64,000 bases of DNA from Adineta vaga (lineage: Eukaryota; Animalia; Rotifera): contig CP075495.1 in the NCBI GenBank assembly GCA_021613535.1, forward strand, positions 1,798,001-1,862,000, in the 5' to 3' direction. The notes beneath the pieces were generated by a model that saw only the letters and a program-made list of their open reading frames with translations, had not been told where the DNA came from and ran no database searches. Of this stretch, positions 27,901 to 40,766 are shown piece after piece (positions within the stretch are counted from its first letter, which is position 1; each line of letters starts with the position of its first letter). Made by a program: the position numbers and the translations under genes.

Positions 27901-30051
27901 CTTCTTTATGTCGATTAAAGAATGATTGTTTATAATATTCTCGTACACGATTTTGTCGAATATTTGCATCACGTGCAACCGGTGTTGGTAAATATTTATA
28001 GAATAATCTATATGAATTATGTAAAGATTTCGATGGTTCTTTTGTTGGAAGTTCATCTTCTACAACAATTTCAATTAAATCATCATCAATATTTTCACTT
28101 GTACATTTATTTGTCGTTGATTTTTTCGGTTTTTTTTGTTTACGTCCAAAATAATTCAATGTTGCATTAAGTGTATCTCGAAAATAATCAATTGAACGCA
28201 TTGATTGCATCGTCTGACATAAACTTCGTTTCATATCCGTTGGATCTATAAGGAGAAAACAAGAAACCATAATTCATAAATAATCAAATTTCATTCAATT
28301 GACCTTCAACAAGTAATTTCCTACTATGCCAATTTTTATCGATTTTCATAACTGGCATTCGAGTTTGTATTGAAACAACGAATTGTTTTGTATTAAATGT
28401 TTTCACATAATACGAAAGTAATTGAAGAAAAAGTATTTCAACACTGGTTGTATTCGTTGATTTCCATTCTGTAGCATATGTTTTACAACAACGAAAAAAT
28501 TCCGGATATTGATTATCATTCAATGAGATTGGAACATGATCAATTCCATAAATCTAAAGAATCATTTTCGATAGATAAATAGTTGCAAAGAAAATTTTTT
28601 ATTTCTATTACATATTCATGTAGACATGGTAGAACAGGTGGTTCAATTTGTTGAAGAAAATGAATTGTCATGATATGAAAAACTACGGGATGAAGTGTTC
28701 CAATCTCCGGTTTATCTGTATCACATGTCTAGAAAAGAATTAAATGAAAAGATTTCTTCATTTGAAAACAAATCATAACCAAACTCGAGAAAGAATTCGA
28801 AATAATCGAAGTAATTTAATCACGCGTGAATCAAATTTCGTATAGATTCGAATTAATTTCGATAAATATATTCCACGAGTATAACCTGATGTCAATTTAA
28901 CACGTAGATTTGGTTCATTCGTTATTAAATGAATACATGATGGTTTATGTTCAGTATCAATACGAGCATCTCTACATAAATCTTGAAGAAAACAAAATAT
29001 TTATTACTTTTCAAAAGTCAATCATCATACCACTTTGTTTAACTATATCCAATAACTCTTTTAGAGTATCATATTGCTGATTTTGTTTAAATTGTATATC
29101 AATATCCATAATACATGATTTTTCCAGACAACATTCGAAATAAATCGATCCATATAGATTCACTTGAAAATCTATTTTGAAAAGAAAATTAAATTTACTT
29201 TCAAAGATACAATCACATTTCTTCTTTTTCGTTAGATGTATACATATATAGGTTTGTTCGTACTATATTGCTGCCTTATCAATATCGTCCCGGTAGTTGA
29301 AGGTAGAACAGAACAAATTATATTTTATAAATGACTTTTTTTTTCCATCTTATATTGCAAAACTGAACTGATAAAGAAAATTGATATGGAAAAAAGAAAG
29401 CGAAATGTCTTGAAAAAACTATTTAATTGACTTAAAAATAGGAATGAGAAAACATCTATTACCTGCTTTTGTTTGATTAATTAAGTGATAAATTTTCATG
29501 TAAATAATCTTTCGTCGTTGAAGACTTTGTTCAGATAGAATACGTTCAGATAGAATCTTATTAAATGCATTTTTTAATGCTAAAACATGTTCTATTGTTG
29601 GTTCGACAATATCAAGTGTTGATCGACCCATTTCTATCTATTAATTCGAAAAAAAAACAAATAAACATTGATTCATTGTCTTCTTACCCTTCCAGATGAA
29701 ATCTCTGGTTTGTTCACTTCATCATCATTATTTCGTTCTACAAAAGACATATCATTTCAATATGATTTTATTTACATAGAAATAATCATTACCAAGTTTA
29801 TCTGAATGAAAAGGTTTATTTTTTCGTCGCCGTTGTGATATCGATTTTTCATACGGTTTTGAAGTTAACAATGGTCCAGGTTGTAAACAATCAAGTAAAG
29901 GTTGATTCTCAATTATCTTATTTGCCTTTTGAGTTTGTTTCACTGGACGATATCGATGATTTCGATTATTACTTTGTTCATTTGCTTGAACCATCTCCAA
30001 TATTTTATTAACATCCGGTCTTCGTGGACTTTTCTTTGTCAAATCACTCAT
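24931..30051 (-). CDS. Terminal uridylyltransferase TUT4/TUT7-like
   Basis: Degenerate N-terminal NTase/PAP-associated module; active NTase [18 protein letters not shown]; HAKVPII; [11 protein letters not shown]; three CX2CX4HX4C knuckles. Confidence 0.9.
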
Positions 30052-30596
30052 GAATATAAACACTTTGTAAGTTTCAAAATAAAAGAATAATCTAAAGTTT
30101 GAAGAAAAACATATAGGAATTTGCCAATAGTTTATCATCTGACTCATATTTATAATTTTCGTAATCGATACGCAACTTGCTTATGAAACTTCTTTTTTCT
30201 CAGTCTGGGTCAAAATTAATCGAACGAAAGAAATCATTGTTAAAAATGTTTTTTCTTACTATGCTTTTCATTCAGTCCTCTTGTATATATATATTTGCTT
30301 ACTTACATACATTACTATTCTATTTTTTTTTATCGACTCGTTAAAAAAACCAATTAGATTGAAAAACAACGACATCTATTGAAAGAATAAATTTCGTTTT
30401 AAAATGAAAATATTTTCGAAAAAACAATCAATCAATTATCGAAGAAATATTTGACAAAAAAACAAAACTCGAAATTTCTTAAATCACATCATATGATAAT
30501 CATGAAGAATATTCCTAAGTTACGACAAAAAATGTCATGAATGTATGAATAGAATTGATCAAAAGATATTATATCAATCAAATTCAGATCAAAGAA

Positions 30597-33500
30597 ATGA
30601 GTTCATCATCGAAACGACAATTACCAAATGTGAATATAGAATCAACTGAAAAGATTCGTCATTTAAATACTGCATTAATTGTATGATGAAAGAGAGAAGA
30701 AAGTTGATTATTGATATTGTTTTTTTCTTCTTCTCAATTTAGAATACGGAAAATAATTTACGACATGCTCAACAAAATTTTGAATTATTAAAACAAATTC
30801 AACAACCAACATCGACATCTCTTTTGGATACAGTAAGTGAATAGTAATTCAATCATTTACTATCAAATCTTTTTTTGCTTTTCTAAATCTTTAGTTTCGA
30901 AATAATGGTACAACGAATGATTCTAGTATGAAATTCTTTCATAGATTTGAATATTTCTTTCTATTCATCCATAGATTATGATCATGAATCAATGACAAAT
31001 CGTTCACGACGTGCATCATCAGCATCTCATCAACGAACTAATAGCAGTAAAGGTGTTCGATTTAATGATGATGTACCCGGACGATCTCTACACAATCTCA
31101 ATGATGATCTACAATCATTATCAACTGAACATGGAAGATTAAAACATGAATTGAATAAAACAACATCATCTAAACAACAGAAAGAAGCTCTACAATTGTA
31201 ATAGAAGAAATCAAATTTATTTTACTATCTTTGTTTTTCTTTATAGAGATGATAGTGATGATGAAGAAGTGAATGATTCTTTTCTTTCCAGAAATGATCC
31301 ATTGGTAGAAGAGGTTAGAATTGATTTTCTTTACTATTATATTATAGTTAAAAGTTTGATTAATGGATAGAAAAGATTTCTACTCATGCAATAGAAACAA
31401 AACAAAACAGTCACGCATAGCAAAGGATTGAAACTGTTCTTTTTTTAAATGACCTTGTAATGTAATAAAGAATAATAATTTATTAAGATTGTTCAATCTC
31501 GTCTTGATCGACGTTTACAAGAAATTGAACGTGAAATTAAACGTGATAAAGATCAACATCAACAAGGTGATGTTCGTACATTAATTAATGAATTTCACCT
31601 TCAACGTAAATTAACAACACCAATTCATCATGATGAAGAGAAAATTATTCAAGCTCGACTTTTACTTGCTGAATCGAATAAACAAATGGTATTTATTTTG
31701 ATTGTTTGATTTTATTACTATTTCAATTATTATTATTATTATTATTATAGTATGAATCTCAATTACTCAATACTAAACGACAATTAGAAGAGAGTGAATT
31801 GAGTAAAACTCTCTTAACACAACAGGTATACAACGATCGAAAATAAATAGAATTTTTCTTAACTAAATTCTAGAACTCAGTCACACTTATTGAGTGTGCA
31901 AAATCAATTCGAGAAAGTGTACGTTTAGTTTTCAATTTAGGATAGAGATCAATTTAATCTAGAACTAGTTTTTTTTTATATATAATAATTTTTCTTAAAA
32001 GGGAAATTTTATCGTTGTTTTTGACCATTGTGAATATTTTCTAGGTAACACAATTGAAAGATCAATTGATGAAAACTGATCATGATCGTGAGAAATATCC
32101 AAGAGATGATGAATTATTATTAGCAACAGATCGACGAAGAAGACCAGGTTTGTTCAACGTCACGTATCTTGCAGATCGAGAATGCTGAAGATAGTGACAC
32201 TACTGATTAAATCAAGAAACTTTACATCTATTTTTCATCTTATTTAATAGAATCTGATCGTCATCAATTCGATCATGATTATCTTCTTCAACAACAATTT
32301 ATGTTTTCCAAATCAGCAACATTAAATGAATTAGTAACATTTAAGAAAGAATTGGAAAAAAGTGAACGTCAACGTGAACAACTTTCAGATCATTTAGAAG
32401 TAAATTAGTAAACATATTTTTATGAAAGATGTCTTCATTCTTTTCTCTTTAGATTTTAGTAAAAAAATGTGATGAAAAAGATAAACTTGTAGCTAAAACT
32501 CTATTAGAATTGAAAGAAATTACAGATAATTGTGATACATATGAACGACAAACGACAAAATTACAACGTGATTTGTCATTAGCTTTAGAGAAATTAGAAG
32601 AAATGACTCAGGAAGCAGAACGTTATGCACAAGAATCTGTGAATTGTCAAAAACAATTGGCTGATACAGAACAAAAACGTGAAGAATTTAAAATTCAAGC
32701 ACAAGAAACGATTAAACAGTTCGATTCTATTCGTTTATTTTTCCATTTCTCTTCTAATTGATTTTCATATTTAGATGGAAAGCCAAAGTTAAAAAACTTG
32801 AAAAAGATGTTGATAGACATAAATTTGGTTCAACACAAGTTTTAGAACGAAATGAACAATTAGTCAAAGATATGGAAAATACTAAAGCACAAAACATAAA
32901 TTTACGTGAACAAATTGCTAAACTTGAAGCTGATTTAAATGAATCTCAGGTAAAACAAATGTAATTCAAGTTTTCTCTATGAATATTCTGTACATCTATC
33001 AATCAGAAGAATAAGCACAGAGGATATTTTGAAATATTCAAGTATTGAAGAGCTCTTATGACGATAGATGAGAGTTCATTGGTCATGTTATTATAGTACA
33101 AGTATAGCCATCGTCTGATTCGTAGAAATCATCTTTCTGAACTGCCAGCAAGCGATTCATTTACGCAATTAGAGAAAAAAAACTAACATCATATTTGAAT
33201 TCTTCACCTATCTCTATTGTATTTCTTATATCGTTTCTTTAGTCAACACAGAATCGATTAGAAGAACATTACAAACGTAATGAAAATGATGTAAGTTCTC
33301 TAGAAACAAATCTTCAATCCAATTACATTCATTTATCTAATAGGCAAATCAATTCCGTATATTACGTTCATCTCATGACGCAGAAATATCCACATTTAAA
33401 AGTACTATTAACGAAGTAAGATGAAATATTCTTCTCATACTGGTAGAATATTAAAAAAAACTATCTTCAGCTTGAAAATCAACTTTCGACATATCGTCAA

Positions 33501-36079
33501 CGTCAATCACACATTGAAAAAGAAAAACATCACATTCAACAGTTACTACAAGATGAAGTTAATCAACGAAATAATTTCGATTCTAAATTAAAACAAGCTG
33601 AAGTTCGTGAATATTCTTCTCTCTCTCTCTCTTATTAATCTACTTTTTTTCTCTATTAGCAAGACATTGACATATTGAATTCATCTCGTTCTCAACTTCA
33701 ACAACATGTGATCGAATTAGAAAATGAACGCATGGTATATCTTTGAAGTATGAATTGAAATCACCTATTCTTTCTTGTCTATTTAGGATTTCTTACAAAA
33801 AATCAAAGAAATTGAATTCGAACGAGATTCTCTCTCGATTCAATATCATTCGATATCCAAAAACTTGAATGATGTAAATAAATTTCATAATTTTTCTTCT
33901 TTAAATGATTGTGGTGGTTTTTTTTTGCTTCAAAGGAAAAGACGAAATTTCAAACAAAACTTGTCTCACTTGAAAGTGATTACGATGAATTGAAAGTACT
34001 TATTTGATTTTCATGAAAATTTCATTTATTATTCAATTATATTATCTAGAGAAAACTTGATACATCGAAAATGGAATATACACGTGGAATGAAATCTTTT
34101 CAAGTTGAATATGAAAATAAAATTGAAACATTAAAAGTAAAAAATTTCTTTTCTAAAAACTTTCAATATTTTTGAAAAAACAACACAAATTCTTCAGTTA
34201 CAATTGGCTGATGAAAAAGCTCGAATCGGAATTTATCAACGACATGAAATTGAAAATAAAAAAGATCTAGAAAGACTTCAAGAAAAAGCAACAAAATATG
34301 AAGATGAAACTACACAAGCACAATATACAATTGACAATCTTTCAAGAGAATTACGAGAAAAAGTTCGATGAAGTTTTGTTTTAAAATGTTTTCATCTTGA
34401 AAATTATCCTTTAGACACGATCATTGGATGAATTAGAATCAAAGTATGTATGAAATGATTATCTCTATGAGTAGCTGTCTAATTTAACTTCGAATATAAA
34501 TAATAAGCGCTCCTAGTCATTATTTTTTATAGATAAAAACTTAGACTTTGTTATTCATAAATATAATTTTGAATTATAATCAATGGTAAACAAAATAAAA
34601 CTATTCCTATTCCATGAAAAAACTCTAGCTTAAGTTTCGAATGTGCATTTATATTTGAATTATGCAGCTCATGTTGATTGTTTTCGTTTTGTATAGAATT
34701 ATGAAACTAACAGTTGAAGCAACCAATGAAAAAAATCAAAATATACGAAAAGAAAAAGATTATCAAGTAAAATCTATTATCTATCTTGGAATCTTATTCA
34801 TTGATTTTCTTCTTTAGCATTCATTGCATACAGTTTATAATGATATAACATATTGTACTGAATGTTTGTCAAGTGATTCCGATGAACCATTCATTATTGA
34901 TTCTCCAACGAATTCTCGTGATGATGTTGAAACATGGTTAAGCAAAGTTAAAGTAAAGAATATTTTATTTAGTTGAAAAAAAAAACAACAACAACGATTG
35001 AATTTTGTCTATTTTTAAATAAGGCACGTCTTGCTTGGCTTAAACAAGAATTAGAAATTCGACAACAACATGAAAATAAACTTCGTCATGATTTAAATAA
35101 TGCTTTACTTGATAGTGAAGCTGATCGAAAATATTTCGCAGGTGAATTAGCAAAACGTGAAGTTATTATTGATGATTTAGCACGTGAAAAACATAGTAAG
35201 TTAAATCATTTGATTTCAATAGAGAACATTTGTTTTAATTCTTTGTTTTTAGATTATAAAGATTTCGAACGTGAAACATCAGATAAAATGAGATTATTAG
35301 AAGTAAATTTTCATAAATTATCTTTCGAAAGTAATTCATTTCTTCATTTGAAAAAAATAGTCTCAATTAGCAAGAGTAGAAGGACATTCATTAAAAGAAT
35401 TAGAGCGTGCAAAACAATTACAAACAAACGAAATGCAAATTGAATATGATAAACGACGAGCATTAACCGAGGTGAACTATTACTAGTGATTATTTTCTTC
35501 TTTATCTTATTAAGTTTGTTTCTAGGATGAAAAAGATCGTATCAATGATCGTTATCGACAGTAAGATTTTCTCTATTTTCTATGGCGAGTAGTTTTCAGC
35601 TTCTATATCGACAGAGAACACAAGTTTATTCACTGAAATTTAACTTTTTCTTTTCGTGAATAGTTGATAGAAGAACACAAAGATCATTATTAAATCGTAT
35701 AGATATACTTTTCTTATCCTTTGTCGAGATAGAATAATCAATCTTTGCTACACTACTTGTAAACTATTCTTGTTAATGAATTTCATCTATATTCTAGACA
35801 AGTTTTAAAGTAAACATTTGATTTTGATAAAGCTTTGCTTATTGTTCCGAACATATTTTATCGCTTGAGTATTGCACAGTTAGAATGTATATAATCATTT
35901 TGTTGTAGCATATCAAATCGCTCTTTATGTCGAATGTATCTTTGTTTCTTTTAAAATAGAATCTAATTGATATATATATATTTTCTTTTCTTTTTAGGTT
36001 TCAAACTATGATCGATTCTGTAAAACGAGAATTACATACTGCTAAAGTTCAATTATCGAATAAAAATTCTGATAAATAA
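30597..36079 (+). CDS. CEP128: Centrosomal coiled-coil protein CEP128-like, more than 20 exons
   Basis: TEKIRHLNTALINTENNLR, KGVRF...LQSLSTEHGRL, RLDRRLQEIERE and QAQETIKQWKAKVKKLEK parallel recalled CEP128 segments; continuous coiled coil. Confidence 0.7.
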
Positions 36080-36438
36080 CATTTCATTTTCTTGTGGATA
36101 GCAATAATACACATGATACTTTTGACTTCGTAGTTGTAGATTATATTTAATCTCATTCTTTTGTTTTTGATTTAGAATATTATCTTTTATTCTCATTTAT
36201 ATTCATTTCATGTGATGTTGTGTCTCAGAGATTTTTAATTGAAATAAAACGTTTGTGAAACTATTCAGGAAAGAATCGACAACAAAATTTCATTTGGATT
36301 TAAATTTGAATTTCTGATTGAAAGATACAACAATGTATTCATTGCAGTTTGACTGATAGCATTGACATCTTATAATTAGAGTTTGTTTTAACGAATAAAA
36401 TAGTCTAATAAAAACAGGTTCTTTTTTTTTAGACAATT

Positions 36439-38155
36439 ATGAAAACTGTTCTTGTTTTATTAGTATTAATATTATTTGGATTAGAATCGAATAGTCATTT
36501 ATATAGGTACCATCGACGATCATCTTTATCTACATCCGGAAAATATCGTATATCACCTAAAACAGGTGTACATATTGCATTGCCAAGTGAGTTTATTTTA
36601 ATAGATATCTATGTCGATATGATAAGAGAACGGTGACTGTTTGTTTTGTTTTAGCGCCTGCAACTTCAATGGCAAGCTCAAGAATTAGGCGTTCTCATTC
36701 ATTTCAACTTAGAAACATTCTATGCTGATGGATTACAATTACAAGATATTCCGAGTCCTTCGTTATTCAATCCATATTTATTGAATACAGATAATTGGGT
36801 ACAAACGATGAGTGATTTTGGTGCTCAATATGCTGTTCTTGTTGCTAAAGTAAGCGACATAAAAGACACTTTAGTTTTGATGCTTGTATGTTTATATTAA
36901 CAGCATGGGTCAGGTTTTCTCATGGCACCTACTGATGTCAAATTTTCATTGAATCCATCTGGTGAAATCGTACCATATAATTATACAATTGAATATTCAC
37001 CAATGAAGGGTAGAGATGTTTTACAAGAATTTGTGAATAGTTGTATGAAAAGACAAATACGTACTGGATTTTATTATTCAGTCGTATCGAATAGTTATCT
37101 TAATGTACAAAGTGGTTCGGTAAGTGATATGATTTTCTGTTCTTTTAGAATTTGATGTGTTTTAATTAAGATTCAAAATCGTACATTAGAACCTGGTCAA
37201 CTTAATGTTACTCAACAAACTTATGATAGTGTTGTTCTAGAACAATTAAGAGAACTATGGACAAAATATGGTAGTTTAAATGAAATTTGGTTTGATGGAG
37301 GGTTTGTTAAGTTGAACATGTCACGTTATATTCTTTTATTTTTACGTTTGTATAGATATACACAAAGTTTGAAAGATCCCATTCATGCTCTCTTGACTGA
37401 ACTTCAACCTGATGCAATTGCCTTTAATGGATATGGAGTTTCACACAATCCTGCTCGATGGATTGGTACTGAGATGGGTGTTGCACCTGATCCAAATTGG
37501 TCCACTGGTGTTACAGAAGATGGTGGTGATCCTGATAGCTCTATATTTTGTCCTGCAGAATGTGATACGACACTTCAGGATCATGATAAATGGTTTTGGG
37601 TATTGTTAAATTCAAGAAATTTCCTCAGATTCTCTATCTTTTTCTTAATAGACAAATACAACATTGCGTTCACTTGATGAAATGATTCAAGTTTATCATG
37701 AAACTGTTGGTCGAAATTGTATACTAATGCTCGATCTTGCTCCTGATCGAACTGGTCTTATTCCCATAACGCATGCTAGTCGCTATAAAGGACTTGGTGA
37801 TTTTATTCGCTCATGTTATGGTACTTCTATTCCATCTACCGAACGACTTATCGTCGACGATTCTTCTCTTCATGTTCTTCTCTTTGATTCTACACCTGTC
37901 ACTGTAGATCGTTCAGTTATTCAAGAAGATCAAACAAATGGTCAAGTCATTCGAGAATATACCATCGATGTACAATTAGCGAATGCAACTGATATTAATA
38001 AATGGATAACAGTAGCCAAAGGCACAAGTGTTGGAAATAAGAAGATTGATGTATGGTCCATAGGAGCACAATTAGTGAATGGTGTTCGATTGAATATAAC
38101 AAAATCTGTTGATAAACCTGTAATAAAAGCATTTACTGTTCATTTGTGCAATTAA
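36439..38155 (+). CDS. Secreted GH29 alpha-L-fucosidase-like, copy A (6 exons)
   Basis: Signal peptide; QLQWQAQELGVLIHF, EIWFDG (nucleophile Asp), RWIGTE, PAECD, YHETVGRN; C-terminal F5/8-like QEDQTNGQ...GTSVGNKKI. Confidence 0.88.
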
Positions 38156-38978
38156 TTTATATAAGATATTTGTGAAAGTCTCTTTTCAATAAAACACTTT
38201 TTATACACAGAAAATATTGATACCTACTATCATGAAACATCAGACCACACGAGTGTAATGAGTCATTCATTTTTATATATTGAGATAAATTGCGGTAAAA
38301 GTTTTCATATGATTTTTATCGTCAAAAATCTGTGTCATTATGATCAACAATGTCACAGTAACTTCATGTATGAATGGAACAAATGAAACAAAACTATAAG
38401 TATGACTTACGATACGGACATTGCCTCAGTATTTTCTACAAAATATCAGCATATCATGTTTACGTATGATGCACTTAATGAAAAAAGAAAAGAAAGAAAG
38501 CATTAAAAGCGAATGTCTCATTCGCAATCAACCATGACCAAAACATATAACTATAGAATATGTTTAACTTTTTAAAGATTTTCGAAACCAAGCAATGATT
38601 TCTACAAAATATGTTATCCTAATACTTCAAATTAGAAAAAATTTGTTATTTCTATTATTTTCTAATATATTCAAATGAATTTGAAAAACCGAACTGTTTT
38701 CTATCATACTCTTTTCGTCGTTCATCTTATTTTCATCCATGTCCCATCATTGACTGTATCTCGTTTTTCTTATTCGCATGAAAGCACATGAATGAATGAT
38801 AAAAAGAAACCAGTAGCAAAACTACACAGTATCGTCTAGAAATAGAGGAGGAAAACGTATTTACACAATGCAATCATTCCTCTAGAACGATGTGATCAGT
38901 TATATTTTTTATATCGATATAGTCGATTATTATGTGTTGATTCTTTTTTATATAGATTTTGTCGATATTATTGTCATC

Positions 38979-39393
38979 ATGCAACCAAGAGTTTTCCTAT
39001 CAATGATGTTATTAGGTATCGCATCGATTCCTGCAGTTGAAGCTAATATGGGAACTCTAATTGGTTCGACTATCGGCGGTATACTTGGTTTAGTATGAAA
39101 CGAGTCAAATAAAGTTTCCTAAAGATAATAATAGATTTTCCTTTAGATTATTCTAGTTCTTGATATCGCCGCTATTTATGAATTGCTTACAAAGGGTAGT
39201 TATGATTGTTGTGGTAAAGTTGTTTGGATATTAATCATTTTCTTTTTCCCAATTGGTGGTATGTATTTTCTTTTCATTTCAAACTATCTTCACGATAAAT
39301 CTAAGTTTAATATTGTTTCTTTTCTTCTATTCTCAAGGTTTGATTCTATATTGGTGTTGTGCTCGAGATCATGGTGGCCATGAATCTGTCTAA
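38979..39393 (+). CDS. 93-aa small membrane protein with PLDc_N-like domain (3 exons)
   Basis: Exons 38979-39092, 39147-39258, 39338-39393: ...GGILGLIILVLDIAAIYELLTKGSYDCCGKVVWILIIFFFPIGGLILYWCCAR. The K..W...I.F.P..G.ILY pattern fits the PLDc_N family. Confidence 0.75.
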
Positions 39394-40064
39394 AAAGGAA
39401 CAATTAAGTTTATCATTTATGTAGTTTGATTGATCTTCTTTTTTTTTCGATAATAAACTTGCTTTTTAAGCTTGAACAAAACTTCTATATCTTTCTAATT
39501 TCGATTGTTTATTGTATGATAGATTTTCAAAGATACAGAACGAACTAGATAACCGATGTTGACCTTTTATTTTAATTACAATAGTTTCTTTCTTGTTGTT
39601 TTTCTTTCTTCTTCATCGATTGTTATCTAGAAATTAGAATAATATATGCATATCAACTAAACATACTTCCTAATAGGTGACAAGGCCCCAGAATGATATA
39701 CCTAGGTCAATCGAGGCAATTTACAGAGATGTGTAGAGTTATTTAAACTTTTAAATGAAAATAGTTGAATTAAATAAGTTTTTTCTTAGTTATTTATTTA
39801 CAAATAATTGATAAACAGGAGAAAAAAAAACGTTTCTATTAAAATTTATTTATTCGAACATATGGTGTATGATGAAACAATGATTTGTTTGAAAATCATC
39901 TAATCACTACAATTGATGATAGAAAGGACAAAAAAACAATGACTAATTCTCAAACATCATACATAGTTCTTAACCTTCGAAATCGATCTAGATTTTCTTG
40001 AAATAATTGATCATATTTAATCCCTGATATAAACTTTCTTTCTCTTGTAAAAAAAATGAAATTC

Positions 40065-40766
40065 CTAACTTGAATAGCCACTGTTAGTAATTGGAGAAGG
40101 CATACAAAAGTAATTGTGCATTACTCGTCGAAAGAATCCTTTGTTTGTTGTACGTCGTTGACAAATCTCATTAGTATGTTTTGTTTTGTCTTTGGATAAT
40201 AATTTATCATTCGAATGTTCTGTAGTTTGACAAGAAATTAATTGACGATGATGATGATTAGATTTACGATCATTCGAATCTTTCACTTGTTTTATATCGA
40301 TTGAACGATGATGATGATGATGATGTTGATGATGACGATGTGAATTAGTATGAATGTTGTTACATTTCCTTCTTTGTTTTGTTGGTGTCGGTGGACGATC
40401 AAGAAGATTGAAAAGATCGCAATAGTCATCTTTACGATTTGATTGCTGATAAGTTCGACGAGGTGGTGGTAAAGGAGGAGGTGGCGGAGGTGGTGACGGA
40501 GAAGATTTTGTTATTGAATGAGACATTTGATGTGGTAAAGTAGCATAATAATTTGAAGCATGCGTAATTATTGGATCTTCCAATCGTCGACGACGGCTCG
40601 GTATTGGTGGTGGCGGTGATGATGTTTGATCATGATTATACGTTGTTGAAGTGAAAGTTGAATAATTCGATGTAATGATACAATTCGGATGAAGAAAAAA
40701 CAATGAACATGAACATGTGGGTATATGATTGCCAGTACACGGCCGGCAGTGCATGTAAGTTGTCAT
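40065..40766 (-). CDS. Hypothetical Pro/His-rich low-complexity protein
   Basis: 233-aa uninterrupted ORF with Cys-rich N-terminus, PPxP tracts and poly-His. Confidence 0.65.
   Translation of the reverse strand: MTTYMHCRPCTGNHIPTCSCSLFFLHPNCIITSNYSTFTSTTYNHDQTSSPPPPIPSRRRRLEDPIITHASNYYATLPHQMSHSITKSSPSPPPPPPPLPPPRRTYQQSNRKDDYCDLFNLLDRPPTPTKQRRKCNNIHTNSHRHHQHHHHHHRSIDIKQVKDSNDRKSNHHHRQLISCQTTEHSNDKLLSKDKTKHTNEICQRRTTNKGFFRRVMHNYFCMPSPITNSGYSS

Noticed and set aside
34470-34670. Short imperfect inverted repeat (TTCGAATATAAA / TTTATATTTGAA) in an enlarged CEP128 intron
   Set aside because: Too short and AT-rich, no clear target-site duplication; a MITE cannot be supported without copy-number data.
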